Of a stretch of 64,000 nt of DNA, positions 49,224 through 61,850 are shown in pieces. The stretch covers positions 87,420,001 through 87,484,000 of the forward strand of contig NC_079166.1 in assembly GCF_947568905.1 (NCBI RefSeq), written 5' to 3'. Source of the DNA: Ostrea edulis (taxonomy: Eukaryota). Under the pieces are notes generated by a model, which was not told the DNA's origin, did no database searches, and saw nothing but the letters and a program-made list of their open reading frames with translations. The translations under genes and the position numbers were made by a program. Position 1 is the first letter of the stretch; every line of letters begins with the position of its first letter.

Positions 49224-49550
49224 CAACTCGTGTGTTTGCAAACTATATTCCCATCAAATTCTATCCAGAAATGCCCATATTTTTTTATTTGTTGGCTTTG
49301 TATCGTACTTGACGTGTGTCAAAAAAGTGTGTACGTATGTGCGTTTGTAATGCAAAACAAACTTTATTACACATGAATGCACACACGCATACATAAAACA
49401 CACATGCACGTATACGCACATGCATATACACATACACGCGCGCACATACTCACACCGTCACTCAGGTACACACAGACATGCACGAACGAACACATACACA
49501 CATGAACACACACCCTTTTGCAAAACAAAAGCAAAGTTGGGGTTTGAGAG

Positions 49551-49689
49551 AGGGGGCTGCCGAGCGACGGCACGTGCGGCATGTTTGGTCGTGCCACACG
49601 AATGGTTGTCGGCGACCAAACGTGCCGCACGTATCGTCGCAGGGCGACCGAACGTGCCAAGGCGACCAAACGTAACGTAACACAGCCCT
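49551..49689. repeat. GC-rich palindromic element related to 46576-46668
   Basis: agggggctg ... cagccct ends; cgaccaaacgtgc units in mostly inverted orientation to the 46.6 kb copy. Confidence 0.7.
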
Positions 49690-50835
49690 CGTACATATTT
49701 CAACAGTCCGTGACTATCCGTGTTTTGTCAACCTCCCACTGCCCCGTGCTATGGGGACCGGTATGCAAGGAACTTCCCCAGTATAACATACCCTGTAAAT
49801 TAACTAAATGGGATTGATAGTTTTTGGACTCGCTTTGAAATTTGTCTAAATTTTGTTTTCTCCCTGACTTACACATTGACAAATATCAATATAGAGGATA
49901 AACTCCTCGCCAAACAGTCGTATCCAAACAGTCGTATCCAATCTAACAGGAAATACACACGGCAAAATCTACAAGCCAAGCACGGATAAACAACCATCGT
50001 GGATATATATTTTTGAATTTATAGTTTTAAGTTGTAGTATCGTTTCACTTTACGAAATATTGTACACACAAGTTTCTTATATTTGAACTTGGTCAGTAGT
50101 CATCGCTCAATTAGTATGTGACGGTGACCTAAGGCTGTTCTGTATATTATCCAGAGAGTTAACGAAGTGGTTTTCATTGTGTATTCTAATTTTCTTATGA
50201 CATTTTGAAATTTACTTCTCTATACCTGGACGAAGTCTATGACTGGCTCTGTTGCATGGTCTGCCATTTTTGTAACTATTAGATGTTTGGTTTTACATTT
50301 AGTCTTTTTTTTTTCTTTTTTTTTTAGTTTTTCATCATATAACTTTATTATTTTTACAATCAAATACAATAGTTACTTGTCTATATTTATGACAGTTGGT
50401 ATATTGCATGTTCATCGGTGCTTTAAAGTGCCTGTGATTGACAACATTCATATGATAGAGTTCAGTTAATATTATGGTGTTGAAATTACTTGGATTTCTT
50501 CAAACAATATATGTAAACTTCAATCGAACAGAGTAAAGTTTTGTGCAATTATGATGTGCACCCGTATAATTGTCTAAGGACGTTAGGTTAACGTGATTTA
50601 AGCGTGACATCATACATATTCGGAAATACAATACCTAGAATCCTGATACAGTGATGGTCTTGTTTTCTACGAAAAGGGGTGCTTTATGTTAAATTGTTTA
50701 AATGATGGTAAATTGTTTCTAGAGTAAACCCATTTAACAGTCAACCTGAATTTCGGATCGCCTTTTTCAGGTTGTTGTTCAGTATTAACGACGTTTACAG
50801 TGTAAGACCATCAAAATATCGTACTGATCTTCAAT

Positions 50836-51418
50836 ATTATAGGGTTATTGAACTTATATTGGTGAATATTGGCACGAGTTGGCTGTCAAAATGTACGAGC
50901 TTGCGAGTGCATTTTGACAGCCAACGAGTGCCAATATTCACCTATATAAGTTCAATAACCCTTTTATTATATAGCTAAAGTAGTTAGTTGTTACATTATA
51001 TCCCTTTTCACTCAAAATACTCCAGAATAGACGAGAATTCATCAATATTGGCAGTGTGCAATAACAGCATGCATTTCTTAACTGTTCAATATCTAACCCG
51101 CCATGAATGCATGAAGCAAACTGAATTTGTAAATGGGGACATCATAATTTATGTACAGTAAAACATTTTGCTTAAATAAATATCAAATACCGGCTCTGTC
51201 AGATTCGGAGGACCGTCGTCTGCCATTTGGCTTGTTTACGTCGTTACGGTAACGTCAATATTGAACGCTCATACTCGGAATGTTTCGGGCGCATACAATT
51301 TACGCAATGCAAAGTTAGCGTTCAATAAATGCTCAGGATATTGAACGCTAACGTTCTCCAGATTTTACGCAGATTTTATATTAGACTATTTATTAGCTGT
51401 ATAATAAAAATCTTATAC
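50836..51418. mobile_element. Non-autonomous hairpin-ended element inserted in copy X1
   Basis: ~54 bp arms forming a palindrome at 50841-50962; ttattatatagct (50964) is inverted with agctgtataataa (~51396); absent from X2 (~58960). Confidence 0.75.
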
Positions 51419-53934
51419 TGATTTAACAATTAACTTTAACTTTGGACGGTGTTCTCTAGACAGCTTCAGAGTCAACGAATGTTTGTACATGCGCATAGCA
51501 TATTATCCTAGCGTTTGAACTTAGGTTACATGGACACTACGTTTTTGTAACAGAAATGTCGTCTTGCAAAGTAGCAACTATGTACCTATGTTATTTCTTT
51601 AAGATTTATACCACAGAATGTGTAACTTTATTTTATTTTCTGATTAAAATAGTTCACACTCAAATATTCGTCACCATTGACATACCCCTGTATATCATCT
51701 ATAACTAAATTATAAACTTTTTTTTTCATTACCATTTTTATAAAACATCATGAAATATGTTCATGACGCTCAACAAAGACTTAAACATCATCCAAAAAGT
51801 GTGTCAATTGCTTCACCAATCACAACATTTGCTTTTCATTAAAACTGGTTATTTTCTCTTTAAACAGAGTAAACATGTGTAATGAATGACAATGCTTTCT
51901 GAAAAGATGTTACTTGCCAGAGGTATTTGTTTTCCATTTGGATCCATCCATGAATATTTGAAAAGCTGAAAAAAGTTAATATGATATATTAGAATAAATT
52001 CAAATGTATAAATATATATGTAAACCATATTGAACATCACTTTGATGTAATTATTGTTTATTGATATGCATGAATCATGCATTTATCAAGATTTTTTTTC
52101 AATATATTTCATGTTTTCTAAATCAATATTATAAGCATATCCTACAGAGGTAGTGGTGTTCAGTAATCAAGATAAAGTGTTAAAGAACCAGAGCCACGAA
52201 TAGCCAAAAATGGCCCTTAGTCAGAACATGATATTATTCTCGGGGACAGAAGCCAAGAATATATATTTTTCAAATATGTTGTCCTTTTCCCGATATCTTT
52301 TCAATTTTGTTTTAGTTATTGACGTTCAAAGTACCCATTGTTTTGGCCAGATGTTTATTGACGTCGCAATTTTGCAAAGTAATGTCACAATTTTACAACG
52401 TATCATGTACTTTTACGTGAAAGTTCTCGAGGTATAAAAGTGAAACAAAAACACTATTCAGTGCAATTTAATTATAATATTGTAAATATTTAAATCTGTC
52501 AATGTTAATTCTATATTAAAACACACACCTATATAGTATACTCGTACATCTCTTTCTCCTCTCTCTGTTTGTCTCCCTCCCTCTCTTTATATTTTTTTTT
52601 ATTTTTATTCATATGCAACATAATATAAACATTAATTTAAAGTTATATTAATTCAGTACCTCTTTACTTAGCTTTGTTATTTAAGTATGACATGAAGATA
52701 AACCCAATCCCAATATTTTAACTGTATAACCATTTATTGCACATGCCAATAGTTTTCGGGGGGGGGTGGAACTTAAAATGTACACGGAAAATCGGTGGGT
52801 CCAACCGTTGACTTACGAATACGATCTATTGACCTATGTATGTGCGTTTCAATATTACATGTAGTTTATGTTGCATATTGATCACTTCTTTTAACATTTG
52901 TTTTATAACTTTGCGGATTTTTATTTTTATTATTTGTTTGAGGGGGTGTTATTATTATCCTGCATGTACATGTAAACACGCCGAAAACAGTATTAGCCAG
53001 GCTTCGGACAGCGGCGCTATTTCAGACGCACGCTGCTACATGTACAACTTTCGACAGTGAGTAAACATTTTAATCCTAGGTTTCACACTTTATTTTGTGT
53101 TTTGTTATATAGGGAGTTACGTTTATGATGTGGGGGGTGGTGTGGGGGAACTGGTAGAAAAGTAGCCGCACATGTACAGTATAACACATGAACATTTAGT
53201 TTAATCATATGGAGATAATTTATTTTACATTAGGTTAAGAAAATGCTCAAGTGATTTCATCATCAGGTAAGCTATGTTCCATTTATCTAATTTCATTAGT
53301 TTCCTATCCGGATCATTTATTACAATAATATCTAGACCTGTGTGTATTTCAAAATGCCTTAATTATCATCATTAACTCCATAACATCTATGAAACGAATT
53401 CATTAATTAAAAAATCTTATTCTGATACAGCTACATATAATAGAACCAAACTCCCTCCTCGCATATATTTGGTTAGTGTGCAAACGAAAGTAAGCTGATG
53501 TTATTTTCACATGAATAGAAACTAGAATTTTATCAATCAAGAGGTTAACTCCATGGTGAATTAACACATCGGTAGTTTGGCATCCACCATAAAATTTGCT
53601 TAGTTTAACACTTTTACATTTCTTCCTACCATAAGGTTTAGTTCTTATCTTACATAAATGCATGAGGGAAACCTTTTTCCGTTATCAGTCACCTACTCCA
53701 TGTTCCAAGCACTCAAGCTAAATTAAGTAGGACAGTGTGGTTTAATAATGTGTTGAGTTCTTCCTTCTATAATGCTTATAAATATTTTACTTAATTATGT
53801 AGGATAATATATTTTTAAAATAGATACATGAACTTTTACTTCAGGAACGAGTGTCATTCATATGTTCACCTCTATTTTAATCAGTATTAATAATATATCT
53901 TCTTTTTTTTCCATTTGTCTTTTTTATTTTGTTA

Positions 53935-54440
53935 TTTATTTTGTTGGCACACTGTTTTTGCCTGTAATAGCTCTAAAACTTCATTGTTATTTCGGATTTC
54001 AAACATTTCCGTTGAGCGTCACTGAAGAGACACAATTTGTCGAAATGCGCACCTGGTGCATCAAAATTGGTACCGTATAAGTTTTATATCATGATCCCTG
54101 GGTCGAGGCCTCTGCTGGTGGACTGTTCGTCCCCGAGGGTCTCTACAACACAGTAGCTAAGTACTTCGTTACTAGCTTGAAAATACGGATGTATATTTGA
54201 TTGCTGTTATGAAATTTAGAAATTCATTTCAAAATTAAGGATTATCTCCCTCACACATAGCTCTTATCCTTGAACGAATTTGACTCCACTTTTTTGGCAC
54301 ACTGTTTTTGCCTATAATAGCTCTAAATCTTCATTGTTATTTCGGATTTCAAACATTTCGGTTGAGCATCACTGAAGAGACATAATTTGTCGAAATGCGC
54401 ATCTGGTGCATCAAAATTGGTACCGTATAAGTTTTACATT
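53935..54440 (-). repeat. 350 bp satellite-like repeat, ~1.5 tandem units
   Basis: taccgtataa at 54071 and 54421 (period 350). Confidence 0.9.
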
Positions 54441-54748
54441 ATAAGATTCGTGGTTTTGAATATTTGCTGCCGAGACTCAATTTTAAAAGATAAATATAAT
54501 TGAAATAATGAAATATACACTATTGTCGTTGACATTCTTTTTTTTAAAAAAATTTCATTTTCGAATTATTTATTACTATTATCCTTTTTTATTAACTGTC
54601 TTGTATTTTTGCTAATTAGATCAATGTAATTCTGTTTGTCAATGAATTTCATTTCAAAGCAAAACAAGATCCATATTGCTAGATATATTTTTCGTATTCA
54701 TATTTGTATGTATTTTTATATATTGATTTCTGACTGATGCAATATGCA

Positions 54749-54884
54749 ACAGGGGATGCTTACTCCTCCTAGGCACCTGATCCCACCTCTGGTGTGTTCA
54801 GGGGTCCGTGTTTGCCCAACTATCTATTTTGTATTGCTTATAGGGGTTATGAGATTGATCACTGTTCGTTATCTTCACCTTGCA
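54749..54884 (+). mobile_element. Short interspersed repeat, copy 6 of 6
   Basis: acaggggatgcttactcctcctaggcacctgatcccacc..atcttcaccttgca. Confidence 0.85.
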
Positions 54885-56086
54885 TGCAATGGGCCTGAAT
54901 ACCTGTGTGTCGAAATATAACGGTACCCGATGACGTATGTCCAAATAGGTTGACACGTAAATAACCGAACGAATGTTCTAGATAGCTCAGAGACTTGTAA
55001 CCTACAGTCTATCCTTTGTATTGCATGTTATGTAGACACATAATTTTTGTCTGGTACCCATATATTGTACTATAACTTTAGAAATTATTAAACAATACGG
55101 GATAGGCCAATATATCTTCGCATCTAAGTAGCCTATCGAGTTAGTAGACCAGTCGTTATAAAAATAAACCTCAAACAAATAGCAACAAAAACAAATTTTG
55201 TTATAATCAATTAAGTGTGTATATTTTGACAACATATCAAAAATCGACATCAATCGACCTAGGAGTTAATTTAGAAATTAATCAAGAGTATTCCGCATTT
55301 TACATGTAACAATAATGGCATACGCGGGGTATCGTACCTGAGAATTTGACTTCAACACGAAGCAGTCGGTGCAAAGTTTTCATAGTTTAGGAAAGTTTTT
55401 ATGTGTTTTGATGATTTGTTGAATAAGTAATGAATTTTAGAGTCCAGATGCATGATGGAATTTATTCTACTTCCTAATTAGGATATATAATTTGATGTTT
55501 GTTCATTTTAAAGTCGGGATGTTCTATCAATCTTAAAGTATCGGTCTGGTGTGTTATTTTTCAATATACAAGCATATTGAATATGTACATTTGATTTATA
55601 TACTTACTACAATGAATATAAGTCAAACCACTACCAAAAATATACACATTAAGAGAACAAATATATGAGATATAATATATATCAATACGTTTGAAGGAAT
55701 TGCATCACGTAAAAAAAGTATGGAACGCCGTTATGGTAAAAATTGCATAATAGTATTTTCTAAACTTCTAAAAGTGTATATAATCCAAAATATAAGTAAA
55801 TATCGACACAAGTATTAGAAAATTAAAGAAAAATTAGAACGACGAAAATAATTCAACCGGTTTCATTTTCAATTTTCAAGAGTTATGACATTATTGCTTA
55901 GTTACACATTATAGATTTAACTATGACGTCAAACCTGGCGGATTGTATTGACGCTTTAACAAAGATCATAATGACGTCATGATATCTATCTTGCACAGAC
56001 CAAAAGTCGGCTGTGTTCTTATTTCCTTTTTTTTTTCTCATGTATTATTTCATAACGTTTTATCATGACGTCATAATGATGTTTGT

Positions 56087-56088
<2 letters not shown>

Positions 56089-56137
<49 letters not shown>
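56089..56137. repeat. (TA)n microsatellite
   Basis: Perfect TA run. Confidence 0.98.
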
Positions 56138-56139
<2 letters not shown>

Positions 56140-56159
56140 TTATGACGTCATGATGATCT

Positions 56160-56360
56160 GTGTGTTATTGAGACGTCACCAGTTGTAGGTGAAATACCAC
56201 TCGTATTGATTCTTTATAGTCTTAACGCCTGCAGCGACACGGGATCTCCGTTTTTAGGGTCATATCCGAAAGACCTATTGTTTTCATTTCGAAATGTCGA
56301 GCGTTTGGTAAAAGTGTAAACGTATCTTAGGTTTGATACGGCCATGGGACACTGGATTTA
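56160..56360 (-). mobile_element. Diverged SINE fragment
   Basis: gagacgtcacc..gacacggg..ccgtttttagggtcatatccga..gagcgtttgg..cttaggtttga, parallel to 59890-60100. Confidence 0.6.
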
Positions 56361-57949
56361 TAAACAAGAAGGTCTAAGCTATTTCATAACATGATGAAAT
56401 TTTGGAATAAAGATACTTTATTTTACTCAAAATTACAAGGCCATATTTGGGTATTCGTGGCTTTTGTTCTTTGCAAAATAAAAAAAAAACACGTCGAGCA
56501 ACAATGTAAGACATTATGTAAAAGCTTTCATCAAGCTTCAAACAAATTCGTAGATATTTGTATAAATAAAAGCAGATCACATGCCGCCCTCATTTTTTTT
56601 AATATTACGTCTCCATACATAATGTACCGGTATATAAGATTGACAACTATGACGTCAGTTAATGAATCACATCAGGCCCCGACATTTTTTTAAAATACAT
56701 CTCCGTTCAGAGTGTTTGGCGATTGCGACGTCACTCACAAATCATATGACGCCCCAAAATTTCCATACACCGTCGCCGTGCACGGGTTTATTGGTCTGAC
56801 AGCTACAGTAACTTTAAATGTATGTCTGTATTCAGTCTCTATACGGCTATGGTGTTTTGATATTGTGATTACATGATGTTCCTCGTGATAAACGTTTAAA
56901 TGTGGTGTTCAATTTCATAATTCAATGACATTTATCAAATATGTTACTGAAATCTGAACACATTTCGTTAGTTGGTCAGGTTGAGACTTCGCCTCCCTCA
57001 ATGCAGATTTTTATTTCACACCCTGGATGACTCTGTATTTTGTTCAGAGCTGATTGTGTGATTAATAGTACTTCGTTAATCAGTTACCTGGAACGGGATT
57101 ATGGGTAGGATCAGATATCAATTGATATATTGAGAGAGGAAATAAAAGGATAATTCATAGCAGAATACGTTGTCCCATCATCCCTAATTTTTATTAACGT
57201 TGTTTAAAATCAACCAGTAAGGAAAATCAGTGATGTTGAATATTGATAATAGGGAATTCAAAATAAGCGTTTTCAACATCACAGAGTTACATTTATAATT
57301 ATGATAAACTTAAACCAATACTTTTAAATACCAGTAAATAGATAGCTCCTTCCCTGGTACATTTGTGTAAACAAACTGAGTTTCAAAGGATTATAATACA
57401 ATTCTTTTTATATCGTATTAGTATATGAAGAAGAAAATTAATAAACGCACAGCCCATTTCTCTCGCTTTACGACTATTGTCCATCCTTTCAAATGTACAC
57501 GATTTTGGTTTGGTTTCAACAGTTTTGATTGTTTCAAGAAAAGGCAGTTAGAAGAAGTACTTAAAACTGATAACATATTCTCCTATACGGTAGGAATTTT
57601 TACCTTAAAACGTGTTCGCATTGAAAGGTGAAGATAACGAACAACAATGTAAGAATTAGTAATGACCTAGTTGTGTAAAGATAAACACTCTCTTCGTGTC
57701 TTTAAACACAAAAAAACTTTAGTTATGATTAAAAAGGTAAAGATGATAAAAGTATCTCATTTTCCCGCTACTGCTGGGAGACTTCCTAAGTAAATCTACC
57801 ATGTGTAACATTTCAGTAAGTAGTAAATGAGAATGATCAATGGTCAGTTTTTCTTTTCAACTTTTGGAAGCAAACAACAGCATGTTGATCGTTTGGACTC
57901 GTGATTGTAGTCATGTAGCACAATTTTAGACAAAGTGCAGGTACTGAGG

Positions 57950-58145
57950 TAGGTTACTTTTTCTACCTCCAGGTTGTTTAAGATTTGACAGATAGTTTTG
58001 TTCACATGGGAGATTTCTGTTGTAGAATTTTAACGAAGACTTGCAGTGGCGCCCTGACATGGACATCGTAGTTCGAGCTTCAAAACCAGCTTCGCTTATG
58101 CCGAGTCATGCCCGTGATGACTGTTGTCTGGAAACAACAAATGAT
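57950..58145 (-). pseudogene. Crypton-like tyrosine recombinase C-terminal fossil (copy Y1)
   Basis: ..TTVIT(frameshift)SEAGFEARTTMSMSGRHCKSSLKFYNRN, matching the YR box II pattern (R)AT..T.L..AGF..R.IM..SGH....S...Y. Confidence 0.55.
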
Positions 58146-59824
58146 CATCATCATAAAATTCTGTAGAATTAACCCTGTCTCCATTTCTTCACTTCCAATA
58201 TCAAAATCAATGTATGATTTTGCCATGTTACAGAAGTTGCAGTTTTACGCACACCTATAATACTTGAAATGAAACAGCTGAACGGTTTGTTTAATGCTTC
58301 TGTTTTATTGGTGAAATGTTTGTCTGTTTAAAAAGTAAACTCCATAAATATTGTGGTGAGTTTTTTATTTAAAACTTATGTTTTGTTATGATGTCATTGT
58401 AGTGGCGGATCCAGGATCAAGGCAACATTCATATGATAAAGTTTAGTTTATATTATGGTGTTGAAAAATCCCATACTTTGATTTCTATAAACAACGTATT
58501 TAAACTTCAATCAAACAGATTAAAGTTTTGTGCGAATATGATGTGAACCAAATTGTCTAAGGGGGTTAGGTTACCTGTAACGTGAATTAAGCATGACATA
58601 ATACATATTTGGTCTTTTACATGAACGGTATCCATGACTGCGTTTCCGTCTTTGAGTATTTGGAAAGAGTCCCACCACATTCGCTTTATCATTGTGTGTA
58701 CTAGTCAAATTTCCCAGATCATATACATTATTATTGCATCTATATGGAAATACAGTGCCTAGAATTCTCATCCTGTGATGTTCTCATTCAGGATAATTTA
58801 GGTTGGATTGTTTGTATAATGGTAAATTGTTTCTAGAGTATAAATTTTAAACTCATTTAACAGTCAACTTGATATTCGGATCGCCTTTTTTAGATTGTTG
58901 TTCAGTGTTAACGAACATTTACCATGTAAGGCCATCAAAATATCGTACTGATCGTCAATATCAATCTCAAATTGATTCAACAATCACCTTTAACTTTGGA
59001 CCGTGTTCTCCAGACAGCTTCAGGGTCAACTAATGTTTGTACATGTGCATAACATATTATCCTAGCGTTTGAACTTAGGTTACATGGACACTACGTTTTT
59101 GTAACAGAAATGTCGTCTTGCAAAGTAGCAACTATGTACCTATGTTATTTCTTTAAGATTGATACCACAGGGTGTGTAACTTTGTTTTATTTTCTGATTA
59201 AAATGGTTCACATTCAAATATTCGTCACCATTTATTTTATTTTTCTGACATACCCCTGTACATCATCTATAACTAAATTATAAACTTTTTCATTACCATT
59301 TTTATGAAACATCATGAAATATGTTCATGACGCTCAATGAAATCCTAAACATCATTCAAAAAGAATTTTTGTGTCAATTTCTTTACTAATCACAACATTT
59401 GCTTTTCATTAATACTGGTTATTCCGTCTTTGAATAGGAGTAAATATTTGTATTGAAAAGGCGTTACTTGCCAGAGCAATCTTTTTTTCCTCCGGATCCT
59501 TTAATCGATGTTTCATAGTCTGAAAATGTGAAAATGATATGTTAGAAGAAATTCAAATGTAGAAATATATATGTAAATCATATTGAATATCACTTTGGTG
59601 TAAGTATTGTTGTCGTCTATTAATGCAAACAGATTGATATGCATGAATCATGCATTTATCAAGATATTTTTTTTCAATGTATTTCATGTGTTCTAAATCA
59701 ATATTATAAGCATTTCTTACAGACGTAGTGGTGTTCCGTAATCAATATAAAAGTGCTAAATTTGCAACTACAAAAACACTTATCGAGCAACAATGTACGA
59801 CACTATGTAAAAGCTTTTATCAAG

Positions 59825-60169
59825 TCTGATTGATTGATTGATAGTATCTTGCTTAACGTCTCGCTCGGTAATTTTTCACTCATGTGGGGACGTCACCAAG
59901 ACCGGTGAAGGGCTTCAAATTTAGGCCTATGCTCGGCGTTACGGCCATTGAGCAGTGAGGGTTCTTTAGCGTGTCACACCTACTGTGATACGGGTCATCC
60001 GTGTTTAAGGTCATCTCCGAGGACCCGTGACATTCAAACCTGATGCCGAGCATTTGGCAATAGAACTATCACTACCTATTTTAACGACTTAGGTCTGTCG
60101 CTACCGGTATTCGGACCCCGGCCTTCCGCATGCCGGACGAATGCTTTAACCTCTCGGCCACCGCGGCGG
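59825..60169 (-). mobile_element. Full-length tRNA-derived SINE with 10 bp TSD
   Basis: Reverse complement begins ccgccgcggtggccgagaggttaaagc..gggtccgaatacc (A/B-box-like) and ends in an (aatc)n tail; TSD ttttatcaag at 59815-59824 and 60170-60179; empty site in paralog at ~56525. Confidence 0.9.
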
Positions 60170-61659
60170 TTTTATCAAGACAAATTTGTAGATAATTGTT
60201 TGAATAAAAGCAAATCACATACCGCCCTGTTTTTTGTTGTTGTTGTTATATTACGTCTCCATACATAGTGTACCTGTATATTAGATTGCCTACTATGACG
60301 TCAGTTAATGAATCACACGAGGCCCCGAAATGTTTTATATACCATCTCTGTTCAGAGTATTTGGCAATTGTGACGTCACTCACAAATCATATGACGCCCC
60401 AAACTTTTCATACACCGTCACCGTGCAAGGGTTTATTGGTCTGACAGCTTCCGCAACTTTCAATGTATGTCTGTATTCAGGCTCTACATCCATTATTTTT
60501 TTATCTAATCTTATTGTTCATACGCCTATGATGTTTTGATATTGTGATTGCATGATGTTCCTCGTGATAAACATTTGTATCTAGTGTTCAAATTCATAAT
60601 TCAATGATATTTATCAAATATGTTACTGAAATCTGAACACATTTTCTAAAGGTCTTCAACGGGATAAATTCGTTAGTCGGTCAGCTTGGGATTTCGCCTC
60701 GCTCAATACGGATTTTCATCTCACACCCTTGATGACTCCGTATGATGTCCCGAGCTGATTGTGTAACTAATAGTACGTCGTTAATCAGTTACCTGGAACG
60801 GGATTATGGGTAGTATCAGATATCAATTGATATATTGAGAGAGGAAATAAAAGGATAATTCATAGCGGAATACATTGTCTCATCATCCCTAACTATTATT
60901 ACCGTTGTTTAATATCAACCAGTAAGGAAAACCGGTGATGTTGAATATTGATAATAGGGAATTCAAAATAAGCGTTTTCAGTATCACAGAGTTACATTTA
61001 TAATTATGATAAACTTAAACCAATACTTTTAAATACCAGTAAATAGATAGCTCCTTCCCTGGTACATTTGTGTAAAAAACACTGAGTTTCAAAGGATTAT
61101 AATACATTTCTTTTATTTCGTATTCGTATATGAAGAAGACAATTAATAAACGCACAGCCCATTTCTCTCGCTTTACGACTATTGTCCATCCTTTCAAATG
61201 TACACGATTTTGGTTTAGTATCAGCATTTTTGATTGTTTCAACAAAAGGAACTAAGAAGAAATTCTAAAAACTGATAACACACCCTCCTATACGGTAGGA
61301 ATGTTTACCTCAAAACGTGTTCGCATTGAAAGGTGAAGATAACGAACAACAATGTAAGAATTAGTAATGACCTAGTTGTGTAAAGCTAAACACTTTCTTC
61401 GTGTCTTTAAACAAAAAAACTTTAGTTATGATTAAAAAGGTAAAGATGATAAAAGTATCTCATTTTCCCTCTACTGCTAGGAGACTTCCTAAGTAAATCT
61501 ACCATGTGTAACATTTCAGTAGGTAGTAAAGGAGAATGATCAATGATCAGCTTTTCTTTTCAACTTTTCGAAGGGAATAACAGCATGTTGATTGTTCGGA
61601 CTCGTGGTTGCAGTCATGTCAGACAGATTTCGACAAAGTGCAGATACTGAGGTAGGTTA

Positions 61660-61850
61660 CTTTTTCTACCTCCAGCGTGTGTAAGGTCTGACAGATAGTT
61701 TTGTTCACATGGGAGATTTCTGTTGTAGAATTTTAGCGAAGACTAGCAGTGGTGCCCTGACATGGAGATAATATTTCGAGCCTCAAAACCAGCCTCGCTC
61801 ATGCAGAGTCATGCCCGTGATGACTGTTGTCTGGAAACAACAAGTGATCA
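61660..61850 (-). pseudogene. Crypton-like tyrosine recombinase C-terminal fossil (copy Y2)
   Basis: MSEAGFEARNIISMSGHHC*SSLKFYNRN, retaining the putative catalytic His (SGH) and Tyr. Confidence 0.55.

Noticed and set aside
49254-49817. Cluster of overlapping ORFs in several frames (also 46384-46857)
   Set aside because: They arise from (CA)-rich low-complexity sequence and GC-rich palindromic repeats lacking stop codons
60095-60169. Possible tRNA gene (also the B-box at ~16945)
   Set aside because: The tRNA-like sequence continues into a SINE body and tail with TSDs, and I could not fold a full cloverleaf
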